A stretch of 64,000 bases of DNA from Candidatus Latescibacterota bacterium (GTDB lineage: Bacteria > Latescibacterota > UBA2968 > UBA8231), in NCBI GenBank assembly GCA_965217585.1, contig OZ244561.1:1728001-1792000 (forward strand), in the 5' to 3' direction. Of this stretch, positions 1-10,097 are shown one piece after another. Numbering within the stretch: position 1 is the stretch's first letter; each line of letters opens with the position of its first letter. The position numbers were made by a program, and so were the translations under genes. The notes beneath the pieces were generated by a model, which ran no database searches, was not told where the DNA came from, and worked only from the letters and a program-made list of their open reading frames with translations.

Positions 1-1432
1 TCTGCCTGGGTACACGCCAACCGACGGCAGCGCCCCCAACGCGTCGCTCAAAACCCGGCTCTGCCGCAAGGGAGGCGACTTTCTCTATCTGCACGTGCCC
101 TTCCTCAGCGCCGCCATGCAGGCCGTGACCGGCGGCGAGATGGCCATTGCCTTGGCCCAGCTAGGCGGCATCGGCATCCTGCCCGTCAGCCAGCCCACGG
201 ACGAGCAGTGCGCCAAAATCAGCCAAGTCAAGCGCTTCAAGGCCGGTTTTCAGACCGATATTCTCACCTTGGCCCCCGAGCAACCCATCGCTGAGGTCGT
301 CGAGATCATCCACCGCACCGGCTATACGACCTTTCCGGTCACCACCAGCGGCCAGTTCCACGACCAACTCCTCGGCATCCTCACCGACAAGGACTTCGAC
401 GAGCGCCGCGACCTCGACTGCCAAGTCGCCTCGCGCATGAAAACCGACGTGCAGGCCGGCCGCGAAATAAGCGACCTCAAGGCCGCCAACGAGCTGATGA
501 TCCGCTATGGCCGCGGCTTCCTGCCCATCCTATCTAAGGGAGGCGTGCTACAAGCGGTGGTCTTCAAAAAGGACCTCGACAAGCACCTGCGGCACCCCAA
601 CGAATCGATCGACGAAAAGAAGCGCCTGCTCGTCGGCGCGGCTGTCTCCACCCACCCGGAGGATCGCGAGCGAGCCGAAGCCCTCATTGAGCAAGAAGTG
701 GACGTGCTGGTCATCGACGCCTCCGACGGCCACACCGAGTACCAGCGGCAGATGATCCAATTCATCAAGGAGCGCACCGACGCCCCGGTCATCGGCGGCA
801 ACGTCGTCACGGCCGAGGGATTTCGCTTCTTGGCCGCGGCCGGTGCCGACGCGGTCAAAGTCGGCATGGGAATCGGCTCGGGCTGCATTACGCAGGAGGT
901 CAAGGCCACCGGCCGCGGCCAAGGCACGGCCCTGATGGAAATCAACGCGGCGCGCAACCAGTGGCAGCAGGATTGCAACGCCTACTTGCCCATCGTCGCC
1001 GACGGCGGCATTTCGAGCCCGGCCGAGATCGCCGTGGCCATGGCCTTGGGTGCCAACGCCGTGATGATGGGGCACTTCTTCGCCGGCTACACCGAGAGCC
1101 AAGGCAACCTCGTGCGCACCGCGGCCGGCGACATCGTCAAAGAGTACTGGATGGAAGGTTCGCTGCGCGCCCACAACATGCGGCGCTATACACAGACGCA
1201 AGAGCACTTCTTCGAGGAGGGCATCGCCGGCTACGTGCCCCACATCGGCTCGCTGCACGACAAATTGCCGATCCGCATCCAGATGCTGCGCGCCACCCTC
1301 GCCACGGCCGGTTGCCGCACCATCGACGAGCTGCACGAAAAGGCCGTACTCGAAATGCAGTCGTCCACCGCGCTGATGGACAGCCAGATCCACGACATCG
1401 TCCCCACCCCAACCGACCAACAGATCCTCTAA
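1..1432 (+). CDS. guaB: IMP dehydrogenase with CBS domains (5'-truncated by window edge)
   Basis: Frame open from position 2 (LPGYTP...VPFLSAAMQAVTG); IDASDGH, GGNVVT, catalytic loop KVGMGIGSGCITQE, ADGGI, KEYWMEGS. Confidence 0.93.
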   Translation, partial: LPGYTPTDGSAPNASLKTRLCRKGGDFLYLHVPFLSAAMQAVTGGEMAIALAQLGGIGILPVSQPTDEQCAKISQVKRFKAGFQTDILTLAPEQPIAEVVEIIHRTGYTTFPVTTSGQFHDQLLGILTDKDFDERRDLDCQVASRMKTDVQAGREISDLKAANELMIRYGRGFLPILSKGGVLQAVVFKKDLDKHLRHPNESIDEKKRLLVGAAVSTHPEDRERAEALIEQEVDVLVIDASDGHTEYQRQMIQFIKERTDAPVIGGNVVTAEGFRFLAAAGADAVKVGMGIGSGCITQEVKATGRGQGTALMEINAARNQWQQDCNAYLPIVADGGISSPAEIAVAMALGANAVMMGHFFAGYTESQGNLVRTAAGDIVKEYWMEGSLRAHNMRRYTQTQEHFFEEGIAGYVPHIGSLHDKLPIRIQMLRATLATAGCRTIDELHEKAVLEMQSSTALMDSQIHDIVPTPTDQQIL

Positions 1433-1435
1433 ATC

Positions 1436-2125
1436 ATGCACATACTAATTACCAACGCCGCTACCTCGCTCGGCCAAGCCCTAGCCGCTGGCCTCGGCGA
1501 CGCACACCAATTGCGCTTGACCGACCCTGAACCTGGGATCGGGATCCAGAGCGATCTAGGCCACGACGAATCAACCGATGCGCTCATCACAGACATCGAC
1601 GCCATCGTTCACCTCGCCTACGCGCCGCGGGCGGGCGACGGCGAGATCACTTGGCTGGACCACAATACGCGCCGCACGTACAATCTGCTCTTGGCCGCGG
1701 CCGCCGCGGAGGTCGAACACGCCATCCTCTTGAGCACCCTCGACCTTTTCGCCCCGTACGCAGAAGACCTCACCGTTAACGAGACTTGGAAGCCGCTGCC
1801 CTCCTGCGCGCCGGCCGTTCTCGGCGCTCACCTAGCCGAGTTTACTGCCCGCGAATTTGCCCACAGCCACGCGCTCCACATCACCATCGCCCGGCTCGGC
1901 CACCTAATCCGCGCCGAAGAGGTCGCCGATCAGGCCTACGACCCCATGTGGCTCGACGAGCGCGACGCCGCCCAAGCCGTAGGCCAGATCGTGCAAAAGA
2001 GACCCGCCAGCCAGTACCGCGCCATCCACATCCAGTCCACTGCAGCGCGCGCCCGCTTTTCCGTCGAGAACGCCAAGAGCCTCCTGACATTCGCCCCCCA
2101 ATACAACTTTGAGGCCAACCCATGA
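1436..2125 (+). CDS. NAD-dependent epimerase/dehydratase-like protein with degenerate motifs
   Basis: Extended SDR layout (AIVHLAY, NTRRTYNLL); Gly-rich loop reads TNAATSLG and there is no YxxxK. Confidence 0.7.
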   Translation: MHILITNAATSLGQALAAGLGDAHQLRLTDPEPGIGIQSDLGHDESTDALITDIDAIVHLAYAPRAGDGEITWLDHNTRRTYNLLLAAAAAEVEHAILLSTLDLFAPYAEDLTVNETWKPLPSCAPAVLGAHLAEFTAREFAHSHALHITIARLGHLIRAEEVADQAYDPMWLDERDAAQAVGQIVQKRPASQYRAIHIQSTAARARFSVENAKSLLTFAPQYNFEANP

Positions 2126-2856
2126 AAGTTTTGCTCCTAGGCGGCAACGGCTTTCTCGGTCCGCACGTGGTCAACCAGCTCCAAGACACCTACGAGCTGC
2201 GCATCACCGACATCGTGCCCATCGACAGCCCGCACGAAACCATGCAGGTGGACGTCTCCGACCTCGACCAAGTGCGCCGCGCCACCGAGGGCACCGATGT
2301 AACCATCAACTGCTCGGTCCTGCGCCCCGACCGCAAGATCGCCTTTGACGTCAACACCACCGGCACGTACAACGGCATCCGCGCCGCCGTCGAAAACGGC
2401 CACACCCGCTTCGTCAACACCGGTCCCCACTTCACCCAAGCCGGCCCCTCCTACGACCACTACGACTTCGACATCAACGAGGAAGTCCCCCTGCATTCGG
2501 GTGTCAACCTCTACGCCCACACCAAATCGCTCGGCCAAGAGATTTGCCGCGTATTCACCGCCAACCACCCCATCCACGTACTCACCACCCTCTTTCTGAG
2601 CTTCCGCGAGGCCGAGCCGTCAGCGGAGCAACTCGGCAGCGGCACCAATCCCTTTTCCGTCACCTTTCCCGACGCCGCCCGCGCCCTGCAAAAGTGCCTA
2701 GAGGTGGCCTTGGCGTCCCTGCCCTCGCGCTGCGAGATTTTTCACATCACCACAGACACGCCCCACGGCCGCTACAGCAACGCCAAGGCCCGGCGTCTGC
2801 TGGGCTGGGTACCGCAGGACCTGCTCGAAGGCTACTGGCGCAAGCCGCAAGGCTAG
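2122..2856 (+). CDS. NAD-dependent epimerase/dehydratase (uronate dehydrogenase-like SDR)
   Basis: GGNGFLG and YAHTK motifs; ATGA overlap with upstream gene. Confidence 0.85.
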   Translation: MKVLLLGGNGFLGPHVVNQLQDTYELRITDIVPIDSPHETMQVDVSDLDQVRRATEGTDVTINCSVLRPDRKIAFDVNTTGTYNGIRAAVENGHTRFVNTGPHFTQAGPSYDHYDFDINEEVPLHSGVNLYAHTKSLGQEICRVFTANHPIHVLTTLFLSFREAEPSAEQLGSGTNPFSVTFPDAARALQKCLEVALASLPSRCEIFHITTDTPHGRYSNAKARRLLGWVPQDLLEGYWRKPQG

Positions 2857-2861
2857 CAGCC

Positions 2862-3887
2862 ATGCCCACGGCCTCCGCACAGATATTCGACGGCCCAAGC
2901 CATCCGCTGCGCGGCGAAAACCTGCCTCTGCCAGACTCCCTCGCGCCCGGTGCAGTGCTCGTCGCGATCGGCCTAGCCACGATCTGCGGCTCCGACCTCC
3001 ATACGCTGTCTGGCCTGCGCTCTGAGCCTGCGCCCCTGATCCTCGGTCACGAGGCCGTCGGCCGCATCGTCGCCTCGCAGCGCCCCACCTTCGCGCCGGG
3101 CGACCGCATAAGCTGGAGCATCGCCGACAGTTGCGGTACCTGTCTGGCCTGCACCCAACATCGCTTGCCGGAAAAATGCGCCGCGCTCTTTAAATACGGC
3201 CACGCCACGCTCACCGACGGCAGCGGGCTCAACGGCTGTTACGCCACGCATCTGCTCATTAGACCCGGCACCCACATCGCCAAAGTGGACGACCGCTTAC
3301 CCGACTCCGTAGTCGCCCCGGCCAACTGCGCCTTGGCCACCGCAGTCAACGCCATCGCAGTACTGCCCACCCCCTGCCACCGGGTTCTGGTCCAGGGTGC
3401 CGGTCTGCTCGGCCTCTATACCTGCGCCCTGCTCGCCGAGCGCGGCATCGAGCAAATCTACTGTACCGATATCGACGCAGATCGCCTAGCGCTGTCCACC
3501 GAGTTCGGCGCTAGGCCCCTAGCCGATCCACCACCGGCAGGACTCGACGCCGTTTTTGAAGTCGCTGGCAACTCGGCCGTAATCCCCGCGGGGATCGCGG
3601 CCCTGCGCCCAGGCGGCAGCTACGTCTTCGTCGGCATGGTCCACCCCGACACCCGGCTAGAACTGACCGGCGAGCAGATCATCCGCAAGTGCCTGACGAT
3701 CCGCGGCGTCCACAACTACAGCCCGCGCCATCTCGACGAGGCGCTCGCCTTTCTCGCCCGCACCGCCGACCGCTATCCGTACCCGTCGCTGGTCAGCGAC
3801 CCCTTTGCCCTCGCAGTGCTAGACCAAGCCATCGCCCTAGCCGAAACCCGCCAACACATCCGCGTCGCCATTGACCCCAACTTATGA
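2862..3887 (+). CDS. Zn-binding alcohol dehydrogenase, phosphonate-catabolism-associated (HpnZ-like)
   Basis: ATG at 2862 just after upstream stop; ICGSD, GHE, CGTCLACTQHRLPEKC, APANCALAT, GAGLLG; adjacent to phnA. Confidence 0.85.
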   Translation: MPTASAQIFDGPSHPLRGENLPLPDSLAPGAVLVAIGLATICGSDLHTLSGLRSEPAPLILGHEAVGRIVASQRPTFAPGDRISWSIADSCGTCLACTQHRLPEKCAALFKYGHATLTDGSGLNGCYATHLLIRPGTHIAKVDDRLPDSVVAPANCALATAVNAIAVLPTPCHRVLVQGAGLLGLYTCALLAERGIEQIYCTDIDADRLALSTEFGARPLADPPPAGLDAVFEVAGNSAVIPAGIAALRPGGSYVFVGMVHPDTRLELTGEQIIRKCLTIRGVHNYSPRHLDEALAFLARTADRYPYPSLVSDPFALAVLDQAIALAETRQHIRVAIDPNL

Positions 3888-5101
3888 TCCAAGTCAATAA
3901 CCGCGGCTATCGCCCACGCGAAAAAGCCATCGTCGGCATCTGCCTCGACGGCTGCGCCCAAGCCTACCTCGACCAAGCCGCCGCCCAGATGCCCAATCTC
4001 CGTTCGATCATAGCGCGCGGCGTCCACGGCCAAGTCCACACCGCGATCCCCTCTTTCACCAATCCCAACAACGTCGCCATCATCACCGGTGCGCCGCCGG
4101 CCATAAACGGCATTCCCGGCAATTTCTACTACGACCTAGACGCCGCTGAGGAAGTGATGATGAACGACCCCCGCTTCCTGCGCGCCCCGACGATCCTCGC
4201 CGCCTTCCATCAAGCCGGCCAACAAGTCGCTGCTATCACCACCAAAGACAAGTTGCGCCTGCTCTTGGCCCACGGCTGGCAAGGCATCAATTTCTCCGTC
4301 GAAAAAGCGCACCAAGCCGCGCTGGCCACCCACGGCATCGCCGACGTCCTCGACCTAGTCGGCCGGGAAAACCCCGGCATTTACGATCCCGAAGCCAGCG
4401 TGTACTGCATCGAGGCTGGCGTGCGTTTGCTCGAGCGCCACGACCTCGACTTACTCTACCTTTCGACCACCGATTTCGTCCAGCACAAGTGGGCACCCGG
4501 CGAGCCGGCAGCCAACGCCTTCTACGCCCGCCTCGACCGCTTTATCGGCGCGCTCGACGCCCAGGACATTATCTTGGGCATTACCGCCGATCACGGCATG
4601 AACGCCAAAACCAATGCCGACGGCTCGCCCAAGGTGCAGTTTATCGAAACCCAACTCATCGCCGCGGGCATCGCCGAAGTTAGGGTCATCCTGCCCATCA
4701 CCGACCCCTATGTCGTCCACCACGGCGCGCTGGGCTCCTACGCCACCGTCTATATCGACGACGAGCACATCGCACGAGCCACTGCGATCCTCCGCGCCAT
4801 CCCCGGCGTCGAACAGGTGCTCAGCCGCGAGCAAGCCGCCGCCACCTACCAACTCCCTTCCGACCGCATCGGCGAACTGGTCGTCCTCGCCGACCAAGAT
4901 ACCGTCCTCGGCCGCACCCCTGACTGGCACCAACTCGCCGACGTCGCCCAAGGCCTGCGCTCGCACGGCGGTCTGCACGAAGGCGTGGTGCCCATGATCT
5001 GCAATAGGCCGCTAACCGACGAATACGCCGAGTTATTGGCCTCGGGCCAAGCGCGCAACTGGGATCTTTTCGACTTTCTCTGCAATGGAGTCCTAGCCTG
5101 A
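3884..5101 (+). CDS. phnA: Phosphonoacetate hydrolase
   Basis: CLDGC, PSFTNPNN, STTDFVQHK, TADHGM, DPYVVHHGALG, RSHGG. Confidence 0.93.
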   Translation: MIQVNNRGYRPREKAIVGICLDGCAQAYLDQAAAQMPNLRSIIARGVHGQVHTAIPSFTNPNNVAIITGAPPAINGIPGNFYYDLDAAEEVMMNDPRFLRAPTILAAFHQAGQQVAAITTKDKLRLLLAHGWQGINFSVEKAHQAALATHGIADVLDLVGRENPGIYDPEASVYCIEAGVRLLERHDLDLLYLSTTDFVQHKWAPGEPAANAFYARLDRFIGALDAQDIILGITADHGMNAKTNADGSPKVQFIETQLIAAGIAEVRVILPITDPYVVHHGALGSYATVYIDDEHIARATAILRAIPGVEQVLSREQAAATYQLPSDRIGELVVLADQDTVLGRTPDWHQLADVAQGLRSHGGLHEGVVPMICNRPLTDEYAELLASGQARNWDLFDFLCNGVLA

Positions 5102-6525
5102 TGCATCAATTCGGCAGCATCATCGGCGGTACCCAAGTCGAAAGTGGGCAGTGGATCGACGTCCATAATCCCTTCACCGGCCAGCAAGTCGGCCGCGTCT
5201 CCGCCATCGCCCCCGCAAAAGCCGACGCCGTCCTGCGCCAGACCCACGCCGCCAAATTCGACCTCAGCCGCTACGACCGCGCCCGAATCCTCAACGAAAT
5301 GGCCGACGCCATCGAATCCCGCAGCGACGCAGTCGCCCATCTGATCACCGATGAGTCCGGCCTCTGCCTCAAGGATACCACCTACGAAGCCAGCCGCGTC
5401 TGCGACGTATTGCGCTTCGCCGCCATCAAGGCCCTCGACGACGACTCCGAGGTCTTCCCCTGCGACATCTCCCAAAACGGCCGCCGCCGCCGCATCTATA
5501 CCACCCGCCAGCCCCTGCACCTCATCGCCGCGATCACCCCCTTCAACCACCCAATGAACCAAGTGGTCCACAAGATCGCCCCCGCTATCGCCACCGCTAA
5601 CGCCGTCGTCCTCAAACCTTCGGAGCAAACCCCGCTCGCCGCCTATTACCTAGCGCAACTCGCCCTCGACTGCGGCTTGCCTGCCGACATGCTCAACGTC
5701 ATCAACGGCCCATCCCCGGCAATCCCCGACCTACTGGTCAGACACGGCCTCGTCGACTTGGTCACCTTCACCGGCAGCAGCGCCATCGGCCGCTCCATCG
5801 CCGCGCGCGCTGGCTACAAGCGTCTGGTCCTAGAGCTCGGCGGCAGCTCGGCCCTGCTCGTCCTGCAGGACGCCGATGTCGAAGAAGCCGCCAGCATCAC
5901 CGTCGCCGGCCTCTATAAAAACTCGGGCCAGCGCTGCACCGCCATCCGCCGCATCCTAGTCCATCGCTCCTTGGCCGACGCCTTCGCCACCGTCCTAACC
6001 GCCAAGACCGCCGCCCTCAAATACGGCGATCCCTACGACCCTGCAAACGACATGGGTACGGTCATCAGCGAGACCGCGGCCAGCGCCATAGAACAGCGCG
6101 TCGCCAACGCCATCAGCAACGGAGCCACCTTATTAATCGGCCATAAACGCGACGGCGCCCTCTACGCCCCCACCGTCCTCGACCACGTCGAAAACAGCCA
6201 CACCCTCGTCGCCGAGGAGACCTTTGGCCCCGTCGCGCCGATCCTCCGCTTCAACACCCTCGACGAAGCCATCGCCATCGCCAACGATACCCCCTACGGC
6301 CTCTCCGGAGGGGTCGTCAGCAACCACTGGCCCTCGATCCAACGCGTCATCTCCGAACTCGAAGTGGGCACCGTCAACGTCAACGAGGCCCCCAGCTACC
6401 GCCTCGAATGGACCCCCTTCGGCGGCATTAAAGCCTCGGGCCTCGGTTACAAAGAAGGCGTCATCGAAACCATGAAGGCCATGACCAACGTCAAAACCTA
6501 TTCACTGCCTTGGGACGCGCCCTAA
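5101..6525 (+). CDS. phnY: Phosphonoacetaldehyde dehydrogenase
   Basis: ALDH motifs ITPFNHPMN, LELGG, KNSGQRCTA, EETFGP, PFGGIKASGLGYKEG; follows phnA. Confidence 0.9.
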   Translation: MHQFGSIIGGTQVESGQWIDVHNPFTGQQVGRVSAIAPAKADAVLRQTHAAKFDLSRYDRARILNEMADAIESRSDAVAHLITDESGLCLKDTTYEASRVCDVLRFAAIKALDDDSEVFPCDISQNGRRRRIYTTRQPLHLIAAITPFNHPMNQVVHKIAPAIATANAVVLKPSEQTPLAAYYLAQLALDCGLPADMLNVINGPSPAIPDLLVRHGLVDLVTFTGSSAIGRSIAARAGYKRLVLELGGSSALLVLQDADVEEAASITVAGLYKNSGQRCTAIRRILVHRSLADAFATVLTAKTAALKYGDPYDPANDMGTVISETAASAIEQRVANAISNGATLLIGHKRDGALYAPTVLDHVENSHTLVAEETFGPVAPILRFNTLDEAIAIANDTPYGLSGGVVSNHWPSIQRVISELEVGTVNVNEAPSYRLEWTPFGGIKASGLGYKEGVIETMKAMTNVKTYSLPWDAP

Positions 6526-6527
6526 AC

Positions 6528-7661
6528 ATGCCCGACCTCAAAGCGGATATCGCCATCGTCGGCGCCGGCATCGTCGGCCTAGCCCACGCCCTTGCAGCCG
6601 CCAATCGCGGCCACCGCGTCGTCCTCTTCGAGCGCACTCCCCAAGCGCAAGGAGCATCTATCCGCAACTTCGGCATGATCTGGCCCATCGGCCAAGCCCC
6701 CGACAAAATCCACCAACGCGCCCTCGCCACCCGCCAAACCTGGCTCAATCTCGCCCCCAAAGCCGATATCTGGTTAGCTCAAACCGGCTCGCTGCACTTG
6801 GCTTATGCCAATGACGAATACGCCGTACTCACCGAATTCGCCGCCCTCGCTCCCGAGCTCGGCTATGATGTCGAACTGCTCGACGCAGCCGGCGTCCTCG
6901 CCCGCAGCCACGCCGTGCAGCCCGCTGGACTCCAAGGCGGCCTCTGGAGCGCGACCGAACTCTGCGTCGATCCCCGCCAAGCCATCGCCGCGCTGCCGGG
7001 CTACCTAGCGCACGAGTGCGGCGTAGCCCTCCGCTTCTCCACCCCAGTCCACCACATCGACCTGCCCCTGATCTACACGCCAACGGAGACCTGGTCCGTT
7101 GACCGCGCCATCGTCTGCAGCGGCACCGATTTTGAATCGCTCTACCCCCAAGTATTTGCCAGCAGCGGACTCTCCCGCTGCAAGCTGCAGATGATGCGTA
7201 CCGCGCCCCAGCCCGGCAACTGGCGTCTCGGCCCGATGCTCGCCGCCGGGTTGACCTTGCGCCACTACTCCGCCTTCAAGCAGTGCCAGACGCTGGCCGC
7301 CTACACCCAGCGCATCGCCGCCGAGCGCCCCGAATTCGACCAGTGGGGCATCCACGTCATGGCCTCGCAAAACGGTCTCGGCGAAATCGTCATCGGCGAC
7401 TCGCACGAATACGGCTGGGTAATAGATCCCTTCGACAAACCCGCAATCGACCAACTAATCCTCGACTATCTCCAAACCTTCCTCGCCGTGCCAGCGCTGC
7501 ACATTGCCCAGCGCTGGCACGGCATCTACGCCAAACACCCCGACCAAGCCGACTTTATCGCCGACCCCGCACCCGGCGTAAAAATCGTCAATGGCATCAG
7601 CGGTGCCGGCATGACCACCGCTTTCGGGCTGGCCGAGGAGGTCTTCGCCGAGTGGGAGTAA
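6528..7661 (+). CDS. FAD-dependent oxidoreductase, TIGR03364/HpnW-like
   Basis: GAGIVGLAHA, GASIRNFG, CKLQMMRT, IGDSHEY, GAGMT; in phn cluster. Confidence 0.85.
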   Translation: MPDLKADIAIVGAGIVGLAHALAAANRGHRVVLFERTPQAQGASIRNFGMIWPIGQAPDKIHQRALATRQTWLNLAPKADIWLAQTGSLHLAYANDEYAVLTEFAALAPELGYDVELLDAAGVLARSHAVQPAGLQGGLWSATELCVDPRQAIAALPGYLAHECGVALRFSTPVHHIDLPLIYTPTETWSVDRAIVCSGTDFESLYPQVFASSGLSRCKLQMMRTAPQPGNWRLGPMLAAGLTLRHYSAFKQCQTLAAYTQRIAAERPEFDQWGIHVMASQNGLGEIVIGDSHEYGWVIDPFDKPAIDQLILDYLQTFLAVPALHIAQRWHGIYAKHPDQADFIADPAPGVKIVNGISGAGMTTAFGLAEEVFAEWE

Positions 7662-7665
7662 GCCA

Positions 7666-8460
7666 ATGAGCCTCCGAGAGCGCGTCTATCACTTTATCGA
7701 GCCAGACTATGAGCCGGGGCGCTTCGTCGATGTGGCCATCATCGTCCTGATCTTGCTCAACATCGTCGCCCTGATCCTCGAAACCGTCGAGCCTATCTAC
7801 AACCTCAATCGCGCTGCCTTTGAACTTTTTGAGGATTGCTCGCTGACCGTGTTCGCGGTCGAGTACTTCGTGCGCCTGTGGGCTATTACCGCTAACCCTC
7901 GATTTTCGCGGCCCGTAATCGGGCGCATTCGCTTTGTCCTCACGCCCCTGGCCATCATTGACCTCATAGCCATCCTCCCCTTATTCCTGCCGCCCATGAG
8001 CGTGGACGCGCGCTTTGTCCGCGTGATACGCGTCCTGCGGATCTTCCGCGTCCTCAAGCTGGTGCGCTACTTCCGCGCCCTGCGCTTGCTCGGCCAAGTC
8101 ATCGCCGAGCGCAAAGAAGAGCTTGTTAGCATCTTCTTAGTGCTGCTGATCCTGTTGGCCCTCTCCTCGTCGCTGATGTACTTCGTCGAGCACGAGGAGC
8201 AGCCCGAGGTCTTTCCCAGCATCCCGGCCACCATGTGGTGGAGCATCGTCACCTTGACGACGGTCGGCTACGGCGACGCCTATCCGATCACCGCCCTCGG
8301 CCAGACTATCGCCGCCGTCATCGCCATCTTGGGGATCGGCATGTTCGCACTGCCGGCCGGCATTCTCGGCGCGGGATTTGTCGAGGCCCTAGCGGCAAAC
8401 CGGTCAGACGACCCAAAGCGCCGCTGCCCGCACTGCGGCGAGCGACTCGACGCGCATTAA
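7666..8460 (+). CDS. Voltage-gated potassium channel / ion transporter
   Basis: Arg-rich S4 (RVIRVLRIFRVLKLVRY), filter TTVGYGD, C-terminal CPHCG. Confidence 0.92.
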   Translation: MSLRERVYHFIEPDYEPGRFVDVAIIVLILLNIVALILETVEPIYNLNRAAFELFEDCSLTVFAVEYFVRLWAITANPRFSRPVIGRIRFVLTPLAIIDLIAILPLFLPPMSVDARFVRVIRVLRIFRVLKLVRYFRALRLLGQVIAERKEELVSIFLVLLILLALSSSLMYFVEHEEQPEVFPSIPATMWWSIVTLTTVGYGDAYPITALGQTIAAVIAILGIGMFALPAGILGAGFVEALAANRSDDPKRRCPHCGERLDAH

Positions 8461-8494
8461 AAAAGCGGCCGAAGCCAAAGCCCCAGCCGCTTCT
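8384..8494 (+). repeat. Direct repeat copy 1: K+ channel 3' end plus terminator
   Basis: Aligns with 11882-11989 (aggccctagcggc...gcgccgctgcccgcactgcggcgag...aaaaaagcggccga...gccgcttct). Confidence 0.9.
8458..8494. terminator. Intrinsic terminator-like hairpin (imperfect)
   Basis: A-tract then AAGCGGC...GCCGCTT stem after the stop codon. Confidence 0.55.
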
Positions 8495-8784
8495 ACACGT
8501 GCCGCAGCTTGCCTTCGAGGTGTCCTTTAAGCATCTACATGGTAAGCCGCCCTAATCGAGTTGTCATCATGTTGTCATCAAAAATGAAGCGTTCCAGTAC
8601 TGCACGAATTGAGGCCGGAGCATAGCCCCCCATTGCCCCAAGCGACACGCGGATAGCAACTGCCAAAGACGGGAAAATCGGAAGCTGCTGGCGCAGATTT
8701 TTTTGTTGGTGGAGTTGCGAAGGTTTTCCCGGTCCTGTCGATCCTATACTTTTGAGCAGAAATTTAACACAAAAAGGATTTACG

Positions 8785-9570
8785 ATGCACGAACGAATAG
8801 CGAAGATATTGTCGACTGCACATGAAAATCCGTCCCGGATTCGACCCACGGAGCTTTACAACGAAGGCTGGATGCTACGGTTGTTGCTCGACTGGGTTGA
8901 AGCCCAGGCTGAATCTAACCACAAACTGTCGTTAAGTTGCGGTGCCCGCTGGTATTCGGAGGCACTCCTGCCATCGCAATTCAAAGGCTATCGTGGACTC
9001 GGTGAGGGCTGGACGAGCGCCGATGGCGTCGTCGGGCACTTCGACATCGGCTGTCGTCACAAGGGAGCCCTTATGCTTGCAGCGGATGCATCCCAGTTCG
9101 TCGTCATTGAGGCCAAGATGTTTAGCCCCCTATCCTCGGGCACGAAAAACGCGCCTGATTACAACCAAGCTGCAAGGAACGTCGCCTGCATTGCCCAGGT
9201 GTTGAAAGAGGCACAGCGCACACCGGACTTGATGAAGTCTGCTTTGGCGTTCTATGTCGTTGCACCCCAAGAACAGATCGAAGGTGACATATTCCGCGAT
9301 GAGGGGAAGGATATCGTCGAACGCGAGGCTATCCGCAGGTGCGTCGAGCAGCGTGTGGAGTCCTATAAGGGGCGGGATGCCACCTCTAAGCGGACTTGGT
9401 TCGAGGAGTGGTTCATGCCGACCATAGAAGTCATCAAGCTTGAGCTGCTGTCTTGGGAGGATTTGATTCGTCCCGCAGGGAGCGAATACGAGAAGTTCTA
9501 CCAGCGATGTCGGAAGTTCAACAAGCCAGGATCCCCCCGTAGCTCAATCGGTAACCAATCGACTCGCTGA
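8785..9570 (+). CDS. Hypothetical protein, PD-(D/E)XK nuclease-like
   Basis: AAGGA RBS before ATG 8785; SADGVVG...FVVIEAK...NQAARN pattern. Confidence 0.6.
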   Translation: MHERIAKILSTAHENPSRIRPTELYNEGWMLRLLLDWVEAQAESNHKLSLSCGARWYSEALLPSQFKGYRGLGEGWTSADGVVGHFDIGCRHKGALMLAADASQFVVIEAKMFSPLSSGTKNAPDYNQAARNVACIAQVLKEAQRTPDLMKSALAFYVVAPQEQIEGDIFRDEGKDIVEREAIRRCVEQRVESYKGRDATSKRTWFEEWFMPTIEVIKLELLSWEDLIRPAGSEYEKFYQRCRKFNKPGSPRSSIGNQSTR

Positions 9571-9586
9571 TAACGAAAAGCTGCAA

Positions 9587-10018
9587 TTACTCGCAACAAC
9601 CACACTGTTGATGGGAGGACGGGTATCCCACGATTTCCCGATGCCTTGAAAAGATTTCATTCCAATTGAATCTTGATCTTTCTTCAGATACATGCCTCCT
9701 AGCTGCTTGTATCAACTCCTCTCTGCAGGCATCTTCTCCGGCTACATCCGCTGGATTCCATCCCCTTTTAAGCCTCATATTGCAGGTCGGGCAACTAAGA
9801 GCATAGTTTTTAATGTCGTCCTGACCATTAGCCCTTCGCGGGATGATATGATCGTTTTGCATTGAAAGATAGTCGTTCTGTGAGGCCAGCATATCTTTGT
9901 CGCAATACTCGCATTTATATCCAGCTCTCTCGCAAACCGTGGCCCACTCTTCGCCCCAGCTTTGGCCCGGATAAATTTCACGGGCAACTTGGTCAATAAC
10001 GTCCTGTCTTATACTCAT
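9587..10018 (-). CDS. HNH endonuclease
   Basis: CEYC...NDHIIPR..NG.DDIKNYALSCPTCN; AAGGAG RBS. Confidence 0.88.
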   Translation of the reverse strand: MSIRQDVIDQVAREIYPGQSWGEEWATVCERAGYKCEYCDKDMLASQNDYLSMQNDHIIPRRANGQDDIKNYALSCPTCNMRLKRGWNPADVAGEDACREELIQAARRHVSEERSRFNWNEIFSRHREIVGYPSSHQQCGCCE

Positions 10019-10097
10019 AAGGCATTCTCCTTTCGATTATGCCGTTTAAGTTGCCGCTCCGCACTGGCACGTATTTTCGGACTACCGACAAGCCCGA

